A stretch of 64,000 nucleotides of DNA from Blepharisma stoltei ATCC 30299 (Eukaryota > Protista > Ciliophora): assembly GCA_965603825.1 (NCBI GenBank), contig CBFDEM010000010.1, forward strand, positions 496,001 through 560,000, given 5' to 3'. The notes under the pieces are model-generated. The model was given only the letters and a program-made list of their open reading frames with translations, had not been told where the DNA came from and ran no database searches. Within the stretch, counting starts at the first letter, position 1. Each line of letters begins with the position of its first letter. The position numbers were made by a program, and so were the translations under genes. Of this stretch, positions 1 through 13,240 are shown piece by piece.

Positions 1-1112
1 TTGGTGGTGGCTCCTTTGGGGAAATTTTTATGGGTAGTCACATAGAAACTCAGGAAGAAGTTGCGGTAAAAATTGAAAATGCGAACTGTTCAGTTCCACA
101 AGTTATTAATGAAGCAAAGCTTATGAGATCAATCGCAGGCGTAGGAATACCAAAAGTTTATTGATATGGTACTGAAGGGTCTTATAATATAATGATCCAA
201 GAGCTTTTAGGCAAATCTTTGGAGGACAATTTTGCTGAAATAGACCGAAGAATGTCATTGAAATCAGCAACAAATCTTTGCTTACAAATGATTCAAAGAA
301 TTGAAACTGTACATAATCATGACTATATTCATAGAGATATAAAACCTGATAATTTTTTATTTGGCTTAGGTAAGAAACAATCACTTGTATATATAATAGA
401 TTTTGGACTATCAAAAAAATACAGAGACAACAAAACAAAACAGCATATCCAATACAGAGACAACAGAACTCTAACAGGAACAGCTAGATATGCCTCCATA
501 AATTCTCATATGGGAATAGAACAAAGCCGAAGGGACGATTTAGAAGGAATTATATACGTTTACCTTTATTTTTTAAAAGGCTCATTGCCTTGGCAAGGAC
601 TTAAAGGTGCAAATAAGCAAGACAAATATTTAAAAATAATGAACATGAAGGCCAACACATCTTTAGACCATCTGTTCAGAGGCTGCCCTTCAGAGCTGAT
701 TCCTCTTATGAGCTACATTAAAGGCTTAAGATTTGAGGAGACTCCTAATTATGACAGAATCAAAGAAATGATCCAATCTATCGGTGAAAGGAACGATTTT
801 GCATTTGATAATGTTTTTGAATGGAGAAAAAAGAAAAGCGAGTCAAGCTCTCCAAGAAGAAGTTCAGACAGTGCAATTCAGGTAAAAAAAGGCAAAAAAA
901 TAAAAAAAAGACAGTCAAAAGAAGAAATCAAGACAAATATAATAGAGCAGAGGAAGTCGCTGCAATATAATGAAGATATAGCTTCAACAACTGTAGAACA
1001 TAGATGGCCTGAATTTGCGGATAGAAGACAGGTAATGGAAGGAAGAAATAAAATAAAAGATGAGCCTACATGTGATGCCTGTAATGAGAAAAAAGAATGT
1101 TTGATTTTTTAA
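1..1112 (+). CDS. CK1: Casein kinase 1 family kinase, 5' end outside window; C-terminal CaaX (CLIF)
   Basis: GGGSFGEIF, IHRDIKPDNFL, IIDFGLSK, LTGTARYASIN, SRRDDLE motifs; TGA at 162-164 reads as W in IPKVYWYGTEG. Confidence 0.95.
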
Positions 1113-1127
1113 TAAAATATTTACTGT

Positions 1128-4121
1128 TTACTTTGGATGTGGATGATTTTTTTTAAGAACTCGCTTAAATTTGGTAATGCCTTTAAATACAGTTGCGGCG
1201 ACATTTATATCCCTTCTAGCTTTCCACATTCTTTGGATTCTTCTAATAGCAACTCTGGTAGACAGCTTGTGGATTGAGAATAAATTCAATGTTTCGATAA
1301 AACCTTCACAAGCTCTAGGCAATGCAAATATTTCTAAATTTTTTATATTTTCTGGGATATTAAAAGAAAACGCTTTTCTATTGCATTCTTCAAAAGCCAA
1401 CTGAGCTTGTGTACAAAGCACCCAGAAATGCTTGAAAACATCTATTAGAGTCAACCCTCTATAGTTTTCTAGTGGCTCTTGGACTTTGTTTTTAATGAGT
1501 TCCTCAAATTTTATTAAACTTTCTAATACATCAGTCAACCCCATTCCTCTTACAGCGTCTTTGATTAAAGCAACAGGCTGTTTTAAATGGGAAAATGCGT
1601 CATACGCTTCTTTCATTTTGGCTACATATTCTGAGCTTTCTTCATTTATTTCATTATAATTATTGAGGGGCAGAGGAACTGCATCTGCTTTTAGCCTTAA
1701 ACATCTATAGAAAAATCCGTTTTCGTTGGCCAAAATAAAAAATCGATCGTGGGTGATTACGCCGTTTCCCATTATTCAGGCATCTCTGTACATTTTTATA
1801 ATTAAAGAGTCAGGAGCTTCTGGGTCTAAATTATTGCATATTGATTTGAAGGATTTTAAGGATAAAGTCCCGTTTTGGTTTTTTGGGGCTAAGTTAAAAA
1901 GTCCTCTGACAGCTAAATATCTGCATTTTTTTTCTCTGATAAAGTATTCGAGTATTACTCTTAAAGCTAGCCCTGCATCTAAAGTCATTAGACCGTTTTT
2001 ATTTCTGGCTTTAGACTGCAGTTGGAGCTTTAAATCACTCCTATCATTGGGATTAATTTTCGCCATTACTTTGTCAATAATTTCGAAAATTTTGGTCAAA
2101 ACCACAAAATGTACAGCAGAAAATCTCCCAGGAGTCAAAAACAGCTGAGGACCTTTAAAAAGCTCATGCCTGCAATGCAAAAAAAAAGCAAGCTCATCAA
2201 CCATTAATTCTTCATTTAAAAATTCTATAAAAGTGTGGATTTCCCACACTTTTTTGCTTTTTTCGTTTTTCAAAGCCAGAAGTAGCTGAAGCCGAAATTG
2301 GTCAGCTTGCTCTCTTCTCCATCATTCGACTTCTTTGACTTGTCTAGTTATTTCGTCAACGAAAAAATGCCCCATTCAATTATATACGAATTCTGGGAAG
2401 GAGGTCGGGATTCTGCCAGTTTCAAAAGACGCCATTAGGTGCTCATTATATTTAGAGTCATATATACCTCTTATAGTGATCTCTAGTCAGTTTGTAAAAG
2501 GGACTTCAAAAGATTTTTTCTTTTCATTTTGATCAATACCTAGTAATCCTGCATAAGTTGGCCTATTGAACTTAAAAGCAGAAAGGTCAATAAGATTTGG
2601 GTCAACTGATACATCAGGAGGGTTATAAGCTGCAGAAGGGTTTCTTCTCTGCCCTACAGTGCTATAGTCATGTTTAGCGCCAATTTTTGATTTTTCTTTC
2701 TCAAACTCTACTTTTTCACTTATCGCCATCATTTTATTGTTTTCTATCTGTGCTGGAATATTTCTGACAATAGCAAATAAAGGGTCGTCTAATGGAATCC
2801 AAATAATTCCATCTTTATTTAGCGGAACACTCCCAGCAGCGATATTGAGTTCTAATTGATTATATTTATATCTCATTGTGTTTAATTGGTCTAACGATTT
2901 TTCATACATTTCTTTAAAAATCAAATACCTTGTCATATCTTCTGAAAACATTTTCATACTTTCCCTAAGACTGCTTGATTCTTCTGTTAATTGTTGGACT
3001 CTCAGCTGCAGGTTATGGTTTTTCAATTCAAAACTTTCTTTGATTTCATTGAAATCTTTCATGAAAATTGAATTTGAAGCGATTTTTTCACGAAGCTCGC
3101 CTATTTGGAGCTCCATTGAATAAATTATTTTTTCTTTTTCAAGCTTGTAGACTTTAAACCCTTTGGACATTTTTGAATGCTTATCTCTATAGTCTATTAG
3201 TTCTTGCTCCAAATTTTCTACTTTTGTAAAATCTTTTAGGTCTGCAACGTATTTTTCTAACTGTTCTACTTTTTCAGCAAGTTTTTCTTTTTCTAGCTCC
3301 ACTTTGCGATGGACACTGTCTGCAACGACCCCTATTTCTTGTGAATTTTTGCTTTCTTTTGATTTATGAGCTTTTTTACCTGTAATTTTTATATCATTAA
3401 GGGTTTTTTCTTTTTCTAAATTTCTTAAAAGGCTAAATTTTTCTCCGGCTAAGTTTTCTATTTCTTTTTCAAAATTGTTTTTTACAAAAATAATCTGCTC
3501 AATAGATTTTTGGAATAATTCTAAAGAGTAATACAAGCTTTTCAGGCACGTCAACCTTGCGTCTCCATTGAATTTTTTCATTTCAGAAACCTATATAAAA
3601 CATACAAGTTTCCCTGTAGTTTCAAAATTAAATACAAAATCGTCTAAATATGTGTATTCTTTGAGATCTTTTATTTGTTTCTATTTGAATTTTACTTTTA
3701 AGGAATCTAGTTTGGGCTTTCAGGTTTTGAATTCTTGTTTGGATGACTCGAGTTCTAGTTCTTCTTGGACTGGAAGTAACGGATTTGGGTCAGGGGTTAT
3801 ATTTGTAGGGATAAATTCAGAAGTATATGATTCTATACTCGCTTTTGGTTGTGTTGAAAGTCTTCTAGGGGTCATCCTTTGCTTAAGGCTACTCAAAGGC
3901 ACATAAGCCTTTTCCCCTATTTCTTTGAGAGCGGATATGTAAACATTTGCAGGCTCAAAATCTGAATATGTTTTTAATTGTGGGTTTGAATTTCTTGGAG
4001 AAATTGTGGGAAAATATTGATATAAAGATTCTCGAGCACTTCTAGTTGAGGGTTCTGTAATGCTTATTGGAAATGTGGAACAAATCGGATCAACACTTTT
4101 TCCTATTCGTTTCTTTGACAT
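1128..4121 (-). CDS. Large coiled-coil protein with C-terminal EF-hand-like/IQ-like region (~987 aa)
   Basis: Track ORFs 3720-4211, 2487-3581, 1776-2273 and 1128-1772 join in frame with TGA=W and two 15-nt introns (3681-3695, 3591-3605); IQ-like RRIQRMWKAR. Confidence 0.8.
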
Positions 4122-4345
4122 TATTGCTCTTAATTTTTTATAAATAAATTTTGTAGTATATTTGCCCTGGCGTAAATTACAGTTTTTATTCAAAAATATA
4201 AAAATTTGCATCGAATTAAAATTTAAAAGCTGAGAAATTCAAAAAAATTAATTTAAATATTTTTTTGAATAAGATATAGGACTTTTACAGCTGATTATTA
4301 AGCTGATTATTAAATAAAATGCTTAATAATTTGTTTTTAAATACT

Positions 4346-5050
4346 CTATTGATCTTTTTTATCTTTTCTTGATTTCTTTTTAGCAGGGGCAACTTTATCT
4401 TCTTTCTGGTTTTTAAGAGAAGACACTCTTTTAATAACTAAATATTTCTTACTGAAAAACCCAAGCCCTATCAATAAGAACACACCTCCAATAAGTCCTG
4501 GGTAATACAAGCCAGTTGGCAATAGATCTTTATTCTGTGAATAAACACTAGGATCAAAATCATCCACTATTGGCGCTTCAACCTCAATTTCTTCATCAAC
4601 TTTATTTGCTTCCTAATTCACTCTTACAATAAGAATTTTCTTTACTAACTCTTCTTGTTGCTGAGTCAATCTTATATCACTTTTTTCATTCAAATAAAAC
4701 TCTTTGTCAATTATCGTCAATTCTTTGATTCCTGGTGCCTCTAAATTTATATCCTCAGCTACCAATAGTTCTTCAGCTTGTTTTGAGGTCAAAACTTTAT
4801 CACATTTATAAAGAATGTCCGCTATAATTCTTCGCTGGATGAATTCCTTTTTGAAGCTGGATTCTGTATAAATTTCTGAAATAGAGTCAAAATCTTTGAT
4901 TAATTTTGTGCGGGAAATAAGTAAACAAGCAACCCAGCGGGTGCGGGTTTCTGACTGTGCCACTTCGTCGTTTCTTTCTTGGTCATTGATAGGCTCAGGT
5001 TCTTCTGAAGCAATAGCGAGGGCTACGACAGCGAAAAACCAGATTTTCAT
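4346..5050 (-). CDS. Type I membrane protein (signal peptide, TM helix, C-terminal KKxx ER-retrieval motif), ~229 aa
   Basis: MKIWFFAVVALAIAS leader; 15-nt intron 4613-4627; TM GLIGGVFLLIGLGFF; ends KKDQ. Confidence 0.8.
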
Positions 5051-5093
5051 TATAAAATGGCAATTAGAGGGAAATTATAGTTAAATAAAGAAT

Positions 5094-7520
5094 TTATTTG
5101 GCATCATACCAGTTTTGGGCAATTTTTGCATCAGTTTCTAAGTTTATTCTAAGTGGTTCGTCCAGAGGCATTGACATGCATTCTTTTACAATCTCGAAGG
5201 CTCGGTCTGCTGAGCTTGAAGGGCCTTCTAATATAACTTCATCATGTATTTGGACTAGTAACTTCCAGCCCATCTGTTTAAGCTCATCATTATAATTAAT
5301 CCTTATCATTGCGCCGGTCACAATATCTGCTGCTCCTCCTTGTATAGGCGTATTTATAGCTGCCCTCAGAGCATGCTGCTTTTTTGAGGGAAGTTTATTA
5401 TTAACTTCAGTCAATTTTCTATATCTCCCTAGCAGTGTCCTTGTATAGCCTTTACTTCTTACAAGTTTTCTTACTTGATCTTGCCAATCTTCTACTTCTT
5501 TTCGCTCAGCGTACCATCTTTTTAACGCTTCACTAGCTTCTTCTAAGCTGCAGCCCCAATCTTTTGCGAAACCATGAGCTGTTTTGCCATACGCAATTGA
5601 AAAATTCATGGTTTTAGCTGTTTTTCTTTGTGCAGCATATAAAGATTTTAGTAAAGGTGCTGGGGGCTCGCCTTGAGATTTGTCCCATTCTAATAGAACT
5701 TTGCCTTCATCTACAGCTTGTTTTATTTCTGGGTACATAGATATAGCTGTACGAGAGTGAAAATCGCCGCCTGCATGAAAAGCATTTATCATTGACTGAC
5801 AATTTGTCATGTGAGCTAAAACTCTAAGCTCAAGCTGGCCATAGTCAGCGACAATTAAGCAGTTTCCTGTAGATGCGATAAAAGCTTTGCGAATTTTATA
5901 TATATCTTTATCTAGAGCTGGCTGATTCTGAGCGTTTGGCTTTTTGGCTGAAAGTCTCCCAGTTTCTGTGTTAATATTTAAAGAATAATGGATTCTTTCT
6001 TCTTTATCACACAAAGTTTGTAGAGGCTCAATATAAGTGTGAAGCAGAGTATCAATCCCTTTATATTTCAATAAAGAATCCAGTGCATAACATATAGAAA
6101 TTCCAGCTTTCTCATCTCCTTGATTTTTGAAAAATTCATAAGCGATTCCATGCTTACCATTGCTCGGGTCTCCAGCTAACAACCTTAACGCTTTTCCATC
6201 CACCGATGGCATTCCAGATATGGTCCTAAAAGGCACTGGAAGTCCTAGCCCTTTAATTGTCATATGGGTCATTTTTTTCTCACCGTCTTTTCTATCTAAA
6301 TTTTCTACTAAAAATGTCCTTTCTTTAGGAAAATACATTTGGTTTTTTAAAGACATATTTGAGGTCTTTCTTACCTCCTCTTCTTCTCCTTCACTATCAG
6401 AATTCGCTTCTCCTTGTTCTTTATTAAAAGGAGCATATAAAAATTGCTGCATATGGGCATTAGAATCTGGATTAAAATAAAGCAGATCTGGATCCACACT
6501 GTTGACCCAGCTCAAAAACTCGTTTTTATATTTAAATTTGTCATTATTCGCTTGGTCGTTGATTTTTTTCATATGTTGGAGGTCTAATTTCATGCCATTT
6601 CTTTCCATATCTGTCAATGTTTCTCCTAGAGGCAGCCAATATTTTAAATAAAAATCCCACAAGGTAGTCATATCTTCAGATTTTAAAGGAAAACTTGATA
6701 ATTCAGTAACCAAGGCTTCTCGTAAATAAAAGGTTAATTCCTATATAAAACCTACCGCATCAAGTGTGGAATAATCTACCCATTTTTCTATATATTGTGG
6801 GGTCGTATGAAGCTCTTCTACTTCAGGAGTTACTAGAAGCTTGCTTAATCCTCCTGATTTTAAGGGTTTTTGGTAGGCAAAAAGCTCATCCATTGTCTTT
6901 TTTACCCTCATTTTTGTGTTTGCAGTGTATTCTTTGATGGTTTTTAAGACTTCTGGGTCTTTTGTGTTGAAATTTATAAGGTCTTTGATAAGCTTGTTTT
7001 TTACTTTAGTCATAAGCTGGGAATAATTGTGTGTACATCTGGCTAGGCTGTATTCTTTTGGACCTCGCGAAGGGTTTGCAAGCCTTGCCATGTGCATTGT
7101 GTCGCCTCCAAAGCCAAGGACGTTAATTCCATGGTTATAAAAAATGTGACGATCAAAGCCATAGTTATGCCAAACTTTGTAATAATCAGGATTCTCAAAA
7201 TAAGGCTTAAATTCTTCAATTATACCATTTGCCTCTGCGTAATTGTCAATAAAAAGCTTTGAGCCTGAACCAAAATTTACTTCTGGACCTATAAATGCAG
7301 TAGCACAAATTATTTGACCATTTCCTACAGGAGATTGCTCTTTAACATCGAAGCCTATTGTTTCAGTATCTCAAGCATGAATTCTTTCAGGATGACTCAT
7401 AAGAATTTCCACAACTCTTTTTGCTTGGTCTTTGGTTCGGACTATTGTAATTCCAGGAATTTTGAGGTTTTCAAAGGCAGGATTGTGGGCAATTGAACGA
7501 AAAATTCTTGTTGCTGCCAT
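5094..7520 (-). CDS. Family A DNA polymerase with 3'-5' exonuclease, plant/protist organellar (POP) type, ~803 aa
   Basis: HAWDTE (TGA=W), VWHNYGFDRH, GDTMHMARL, TETGRLS, ADYGQLELRVLAH, AKTMNFSIAYG, INTPIQG, QIHDE; 15-nt intron 6741-6755; start codon uncertain. Confidence 0.93.
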
Positions 7521-8221
7521 TTTATAAATAAAATTTTTGGTATATTGAGAGGCTGAATTTTTGATGCAAGAAACTCAGGAATTTTTAGGAATAAAAATTA
7601 ATGAGAAGCAGAAATAATAAAGTGTGTATAAAGCAAATAGAGAATGAGAAATTAGTAAATAATGAAATTTAAATAAGAGATTTCATAAAATAAGCAAGAA
7701 TAATTCAGAAGAAGCTATTAATATTTCTGGTTCTCGCTAAATATTTACATTTAAGACTATAAAATTAAATATAAAATAAAATTCTTTATTTCCTCAAAAT
7801 CTTAAAATAAGCTACCAAATTCATTGAGCTCTTGCATATAATTTATATTAATTATTAGTAATTTTTTATTTGCATTTCCATATCAATAGCCTTAAGATTC
7901 ATATCGAATTTAAAATTTTCCCTTTCTAAATCCAATAAAAAAACCAAAAGATACAAATCTCCATATCTCAAGTAAAAAAAAAAATTCAATTCCAGCCACC
8001 TCGCTAAGCGTTTTTCTGAAAATTTCCCTTTAAAAATCTTTATTTAAGCCAAACTGTAACTGTCTATAAAATCTGTAACGCAAGTAAAAATTTAAAATTC
8101 CCTTATTAAAGCTCAATTATGGGATATAAAAGCCACTTGATAAAGTAAATACACATTCAAGCTCTTATGAAATCCAATAGAATTAAATAATAAAAATTAA
8201 TAATCCTAATAAGGCATAAGC

Positions 8222-8891
8222 TTATGCTTCAGACAGCCTTTTTTCTTCCTCTAAATCTTCGATTAACTTGCAAGCTATTATATCACTGGAGCAGCAGCTA
8301 AAGCCCTGGTCACGCTTTGCTTTCTTCATAAGGCTATTCCACCTATTTTTGACCCCATTCTCAGTTCTACCTGGAAGTTCTTTAGCTATTATGCTCCATT
8401 TGTTGCCGATTTTTTGCTTTAGACATAGAAGTTTTATGTCTTCTTCGTAGCTTCATTCGCCCTCTACAATAAAATTTACTGTTTAAGTCAGGATTTAAGT
8501 GATTATGCCATCGTTCTCTGCAATGTTTCCCTTTACGGATACAGTGAGAGTCATGCAAGGCTTCATTTAGATTTCGAGAAATGAAAGCCCAGTTTTTGGT
8601 CCCATACTGAGTGACCAAATCTCTAAGGAACTTGTCTTCGTGTTCTTTCCAAGGCTTGGTTTTTAGACCGCCTCGGCTAATTTTTGCTTTTAAGTTGTTT
8701 TTTACTGGCGCTGCCGGTGAAGGAGTCCAAGCCGGGTAAGAATATAAGTTATAAATAGGGATGTACGTATTGGTACTGAAGTCAGGGATGCATGGAACCC
8801 ATACACATCCTTGAGGAATTTGTTCCACTTTTGGAATCGGAATGTGGAGTGGAGCTTCGTTCCACTGGTAAGCGTTCAATTCACTGGCCAT
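8222..8891 (-). CDS. R2R3 Myb transcription factor (~217 aa)
   Basis: WKEHED...NW...RKGKHCRERWHNHLNP; 16-nt intron 8464-8479; then KGEW(TGA)SYEED...GNKWSIIAKELPGRTENGVKNRW. Confidence 0.92.
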
Positions 8892-10053
8892 AATTTTTCT
8901 TATCCAAACTTACTATTAAGTCGAAATAACTTGAAATTACCTAAGATTTTACTAAAATTTTTTGAGAAAAATGATTATATAACTCCAAATAAAATCTCCA
9001 TATTATAGGTTTAATTACGTTATTTTAATTTACTGGACAAATTTCCTTCAGGTGATGTGAGTAAAAATGAATTTTATATATTTTGTTTCAATTATATTGA
9101 AAACATTTTAAAATTTACTTGAGAATAGATTTTAAAAATTCATCGTAGATTTATAATAAAAAATTTAAGGTGCTAAAAGAATGAGGAAATATTTTTATTT
9201 ATAGTAAAATGATTTCACAATCGATTATTGTGAAAATTAAAATAGCCAATAATTTTAAATTATAGAGTGTAACAGATTATCAAACATATTTAATCAAATA
9301 TTTTATAATTTTCAATCTTTTATATTAATTGTAAATTGTTTATTGACTTATTGTGATTAGAATTTTAATATCAAACAAATGAAATCAATATATACTCATT
9401 TAGAAATTTAGAGTTATTATAGAATTAGCAATGCTATTGTTTAAATTTCAATGCGTCTTTAGAAATGATTTGCAATTTATATCATTCATGCTTAAATAAA
9501 TATACTTTAAGCTTTTATATCAAAAAAAATTAAATAAACATTTGCTTTTTGTTCCTTTATTTTGATCTCACTTTTTGCAAACCAAGCTTCATTGCTAGCT
9601 TTAAATAATGCTAAAAGCGAAAAAGAGAATTTCTGTTTAAAACATCTCTATATATAAACATTATTTTATTTAAAATTATTTTGATATCAAAAATTTTCAT
9701 TTTAATTTGATCATAGCCAATATTTCTTTGGCCAGAAATTCGAAAACAATGAAAATTTTTAGCATTTCTAATCTCATTATTAAATTTTTGAAACTTTCAT
9801 TAAGACTTTTTAGCAAATTTAAATTAGTTTGCTCTTTAATATTTGATTCTTATAATAAAGCTTGGTTAAATATAAATATAGTAATTCGCTAATTGCAGCA
9901 AAGCAGATTATGATAATTGATCTATCAAAAAAACTCGTAGCATTTGAAAAATCCCTATTCTAATAATGGATATAATTTCGTCAGTTTATTACACAATTCA
10001 AAATGGAATGGCCAATTTACTGGAGTAAAAATGAGTGACTATAATCGAAAAAT

Positions 10054-10269
10054 ATGGGTTGCTGCATTTCAAGAAACAGTGATAAAATAATCACAAATAA
10101 AAATTATAATCAAAGTGAAAATTCCACCCTATCAGAAAAACTTCATATAGTTTTAAGAAACAAAACCAAAAAATTATTTTTCAAATTTTCAATCTTAAAA
10201 ACATATAAAAAGAAATCAGGCTTTGCCAAGCTAAGAAAATATTTTTCTCTTTTTATCATAATTGATTAG
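10054..10269 (+). pseudogene. 5' fragment duplicate of the CDPK-like gene at 10781
   Basis: MGCCISRNS...LRNK...FSILKTYKKKS matches the N-terminus at 10781, then similarity ends. Confidence 0.75.
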
Positions 10270-10780
10270 AAAGAAAGATCAATTCTTAAATGCAAATAGA
10301 ATCAAAAATGAACAGAAATTTCTATTAAAAAAGGTGAATACTGTGCTTATCCTCTTGCAATAAAGAATTGCGAACTATTCTCTTGATCATTTCTTCTATA
10401 ATCCCCTTCTGCAAAATAATAATTAGCAAATTCCGAAAAATCAATTCCTTTTGAAATCACATAGCAATTATTATATCTTAACATTTATAAATATTCTAAA
10501 ATAGCATATATAATAAATGTTTCAATTTATTATAATTTTTTATCAACCTTGAATATAAATATTTATGAGCTTGCTTTTTAACAATTAAATTTCATAATAG
10601 CTTTTTACACAAAAAAATTATAAGCAACCATATTCAATTAAGCTTAATTCTGCATCAAAACAATTAATAGAGTTTAAATAATTACTAGCTTATTGACGGT
10701 TATAATTTTGCAATTATAGCAGGGATAAAAAAACGGCATATTTACTGAAATGCCCAAATAAGAGATTATAATAAAAATAT

Positions 10781-12250
10781 ATGGGCTGCTGCTTTTCAAG
10801 AAATAGCAATAAACTCGCCCCAGCTGAAGCTACTGATTCTAATTTAACAGAACCCTCCACTAGTCCAGAAAAACTTCCTATAATTTTAAGAAACAAAAAT
10901 CAAAAGAAATTCCTATCCAAATTTTCAATCCTAAAGACCTATAAAAAGAAATCCAATGGATCAATTTATCTTGTAAAAGAAAAAAAGACTAAGAAGTGTA
11001 AAATAATAGAAGAGTACCACAAAAACAATAAAAACCGATCAGATATAATTAATGACCATCTAGAAAACTTTCAAAGCCTTGATCATCCAAATATCATTAA
11101 AATATTCCAAATTGTAGAAACCAAATTAAAGGTTTACTTCGTAAGAGAATATTGCTCAGGAGGCGGACTTCTTGAGAAAATCATCAAAACTAAACAAATA
11201 AGCAAAAATCAAGTGGCAAAGTATATTCGTGACATTTTAAATGTAGTGAGCCATTGCCATAGCCAAGATATAGCGATTCAAGATTTGAATCCAGGGCATA
11301 TTTTACTCGACTCAAAAAATGAAAATGCAAATATAAAGGTCGTTGTGGGAAAAGTAAAGGAAAATAATTTATCCAAAAAAAGCATCACAGACGTAATTTT
11401 AAAGTAGATTTGCTATATGGCACCAGAAATGTTTAAAGGAGAATATAGAAAAGAAGCTGATGTATGAAGCTGTGGACTAATTTTATGGACTTTAATATTC
11501 GGAAGGCCTCCCTTTCATGGCAAAACTCGTAAAAAAGTAATTGAGTCTATAAATAAAGGCCTAAACCTTACAGATAAGGCTTGGGCTGAGATTTCTGATG
11601 AGCTCAAAGATCTCATCTCAAAAATGCTCGAAAAAAATCCTGAAATCAGGATTTCAGCCAAAGATGCTTTAGAGCACCCTTGAATTCAGGCTAGGTCTAA
11701 TAATCAAGTCCCTGATAGAGCATGTGCTATAGACGTATTATCTCGCTTATCAAAATTTAATGTATTTTTTATTTAGGCAAAATCACATGTCCAGAAGGCT
11801 ATATTAGATTTTATATCTTACAATACAGCTTTAGCAAGAGAAGAAAAAGAATTAAAAGAAACAGTTAAATCGATTGACGAAGATGGAGATGGCAAGCTCA
11901 GTCCTGATGAAATTTATAAAGCTTTCAAAATCTTGCTGCTTGGCTCTAAAGAAGAAGCAAATTCTGTGATGGTAGCATGCGATAATGATGAAAGCGGACA
12001 TATTAAATATTCTGAATTTATTACTGGGGTTTTACAATGGGACAAAAAAATCCATGAAAATCAGTTAAGAGAAATTTTTACAAATTATGATGCAAATGGA
12101 GATGGGATTTTGACGATTGAAGAGCTTAAAGAATGTGTGATTGGAGAAAAAGGAAAAGAATGGGAGCATTTCTTAGATGATATGAAAGTTGAAAATAATC
12201 ATTTAATTACCGCTGATGAATTGGGAACTTATTTTCAATCCAAGTTTTAA
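10781..12250 (+). CDS. CDPK-like protein (kinase fold plus 4 EF-hands), predicted pseudokinase, N-acylation motif MGCC (~479 aa)
   Basis: 15-nt introns 11393-11407 and 11762-11776; YMAPE, DVW(TGA)SCG, HPW(TGA)I; EF-hands DEDGDGKLS, DNDESGHIKYSEF, DANGDGILT. Confidence 0.88.
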
Positions 12251-13240
12251 TGAAAACTAAGAGGATTAATGATAGTTTCAATTAATTTTATTTCTTATAT
12301 GATTTCATGATTATAGTTAATGTTAAAAACAATTGCTACTATGCTTTGATGATGCTATATATAAATATGGAAAAAATTGTTAATTGTGCATTGAATTTTA
12401 TTCACTGCTTATATAAGAAGATATCAGTCTATAAGCAGCATTTTAAGGTCATTTGTGTATAACAATTAATTATATTCTACCCTCCTGTCGTAATCTTTCA
12501 TTTAATGGTTCAGAAAAAGATATATGGCTTAAAACCTACATATTAAAATAACATATTCAATAATTAAAAATTCTCTGAAATATCAATTATTGGGCAATTA
12601 AGCTTTTTTAAGGCTAAATATGGGTTAAATATTTTTTAAATTATAAGGCATAAAGGCTTAGAAAGAAATTATAATATCATAAACTCTTTCAATATTTTGA
12701 TCCTTTTAATTAGCGATTCAATTAATATAAATCGCTTATTTTAGTGAAACATAGTCAAATTTATTTATATTGAAGAGATATATTTATACTATTAAAATGC
12801 TTTAATCATATTAGGGTTGTTATAAGCTTAATTATTAAAAAATCACTATATAAAAACAGAAGACAGAAATTTAGAATTTGAGGGGTAGAAAGTAGCATTT
12901 ATTTTTAACATCAAAGTTATTTTATAATCATTTAAAAATATTAAAATAATAAGAATTAACGCTAAAAATGATTATAATATAAAATGTTAATAAAAAAAAC
13001 TATTATGGGGTTTTTCATTCAAAATACTTGTTTTAGATTATCATTCTAAACACTTATTTGTAAATATGAACTTTTTCAATTCGCACAATTTTCAATTAAT
13101 ATTTGTCTCTAATTTAGATTTCATACCTCAAATTTTGTTTCTAAGCTTAAAATCAGATGTATAAACAAAAATTAAAATTAACTTATTAATATATAGCGTT
13201 TTTCTACTGTTTTGCAGTTATCTAAGAGTATATATTATAA

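Noticed and set aside
5094-7520. Viral or bacterial origin of the family A polymerase
   Set aside because: It has POP-type motifs, a host-type 15-nt intron and TGA-Trp; this fits an ordinary nuclear-encoded organellar polymerase.
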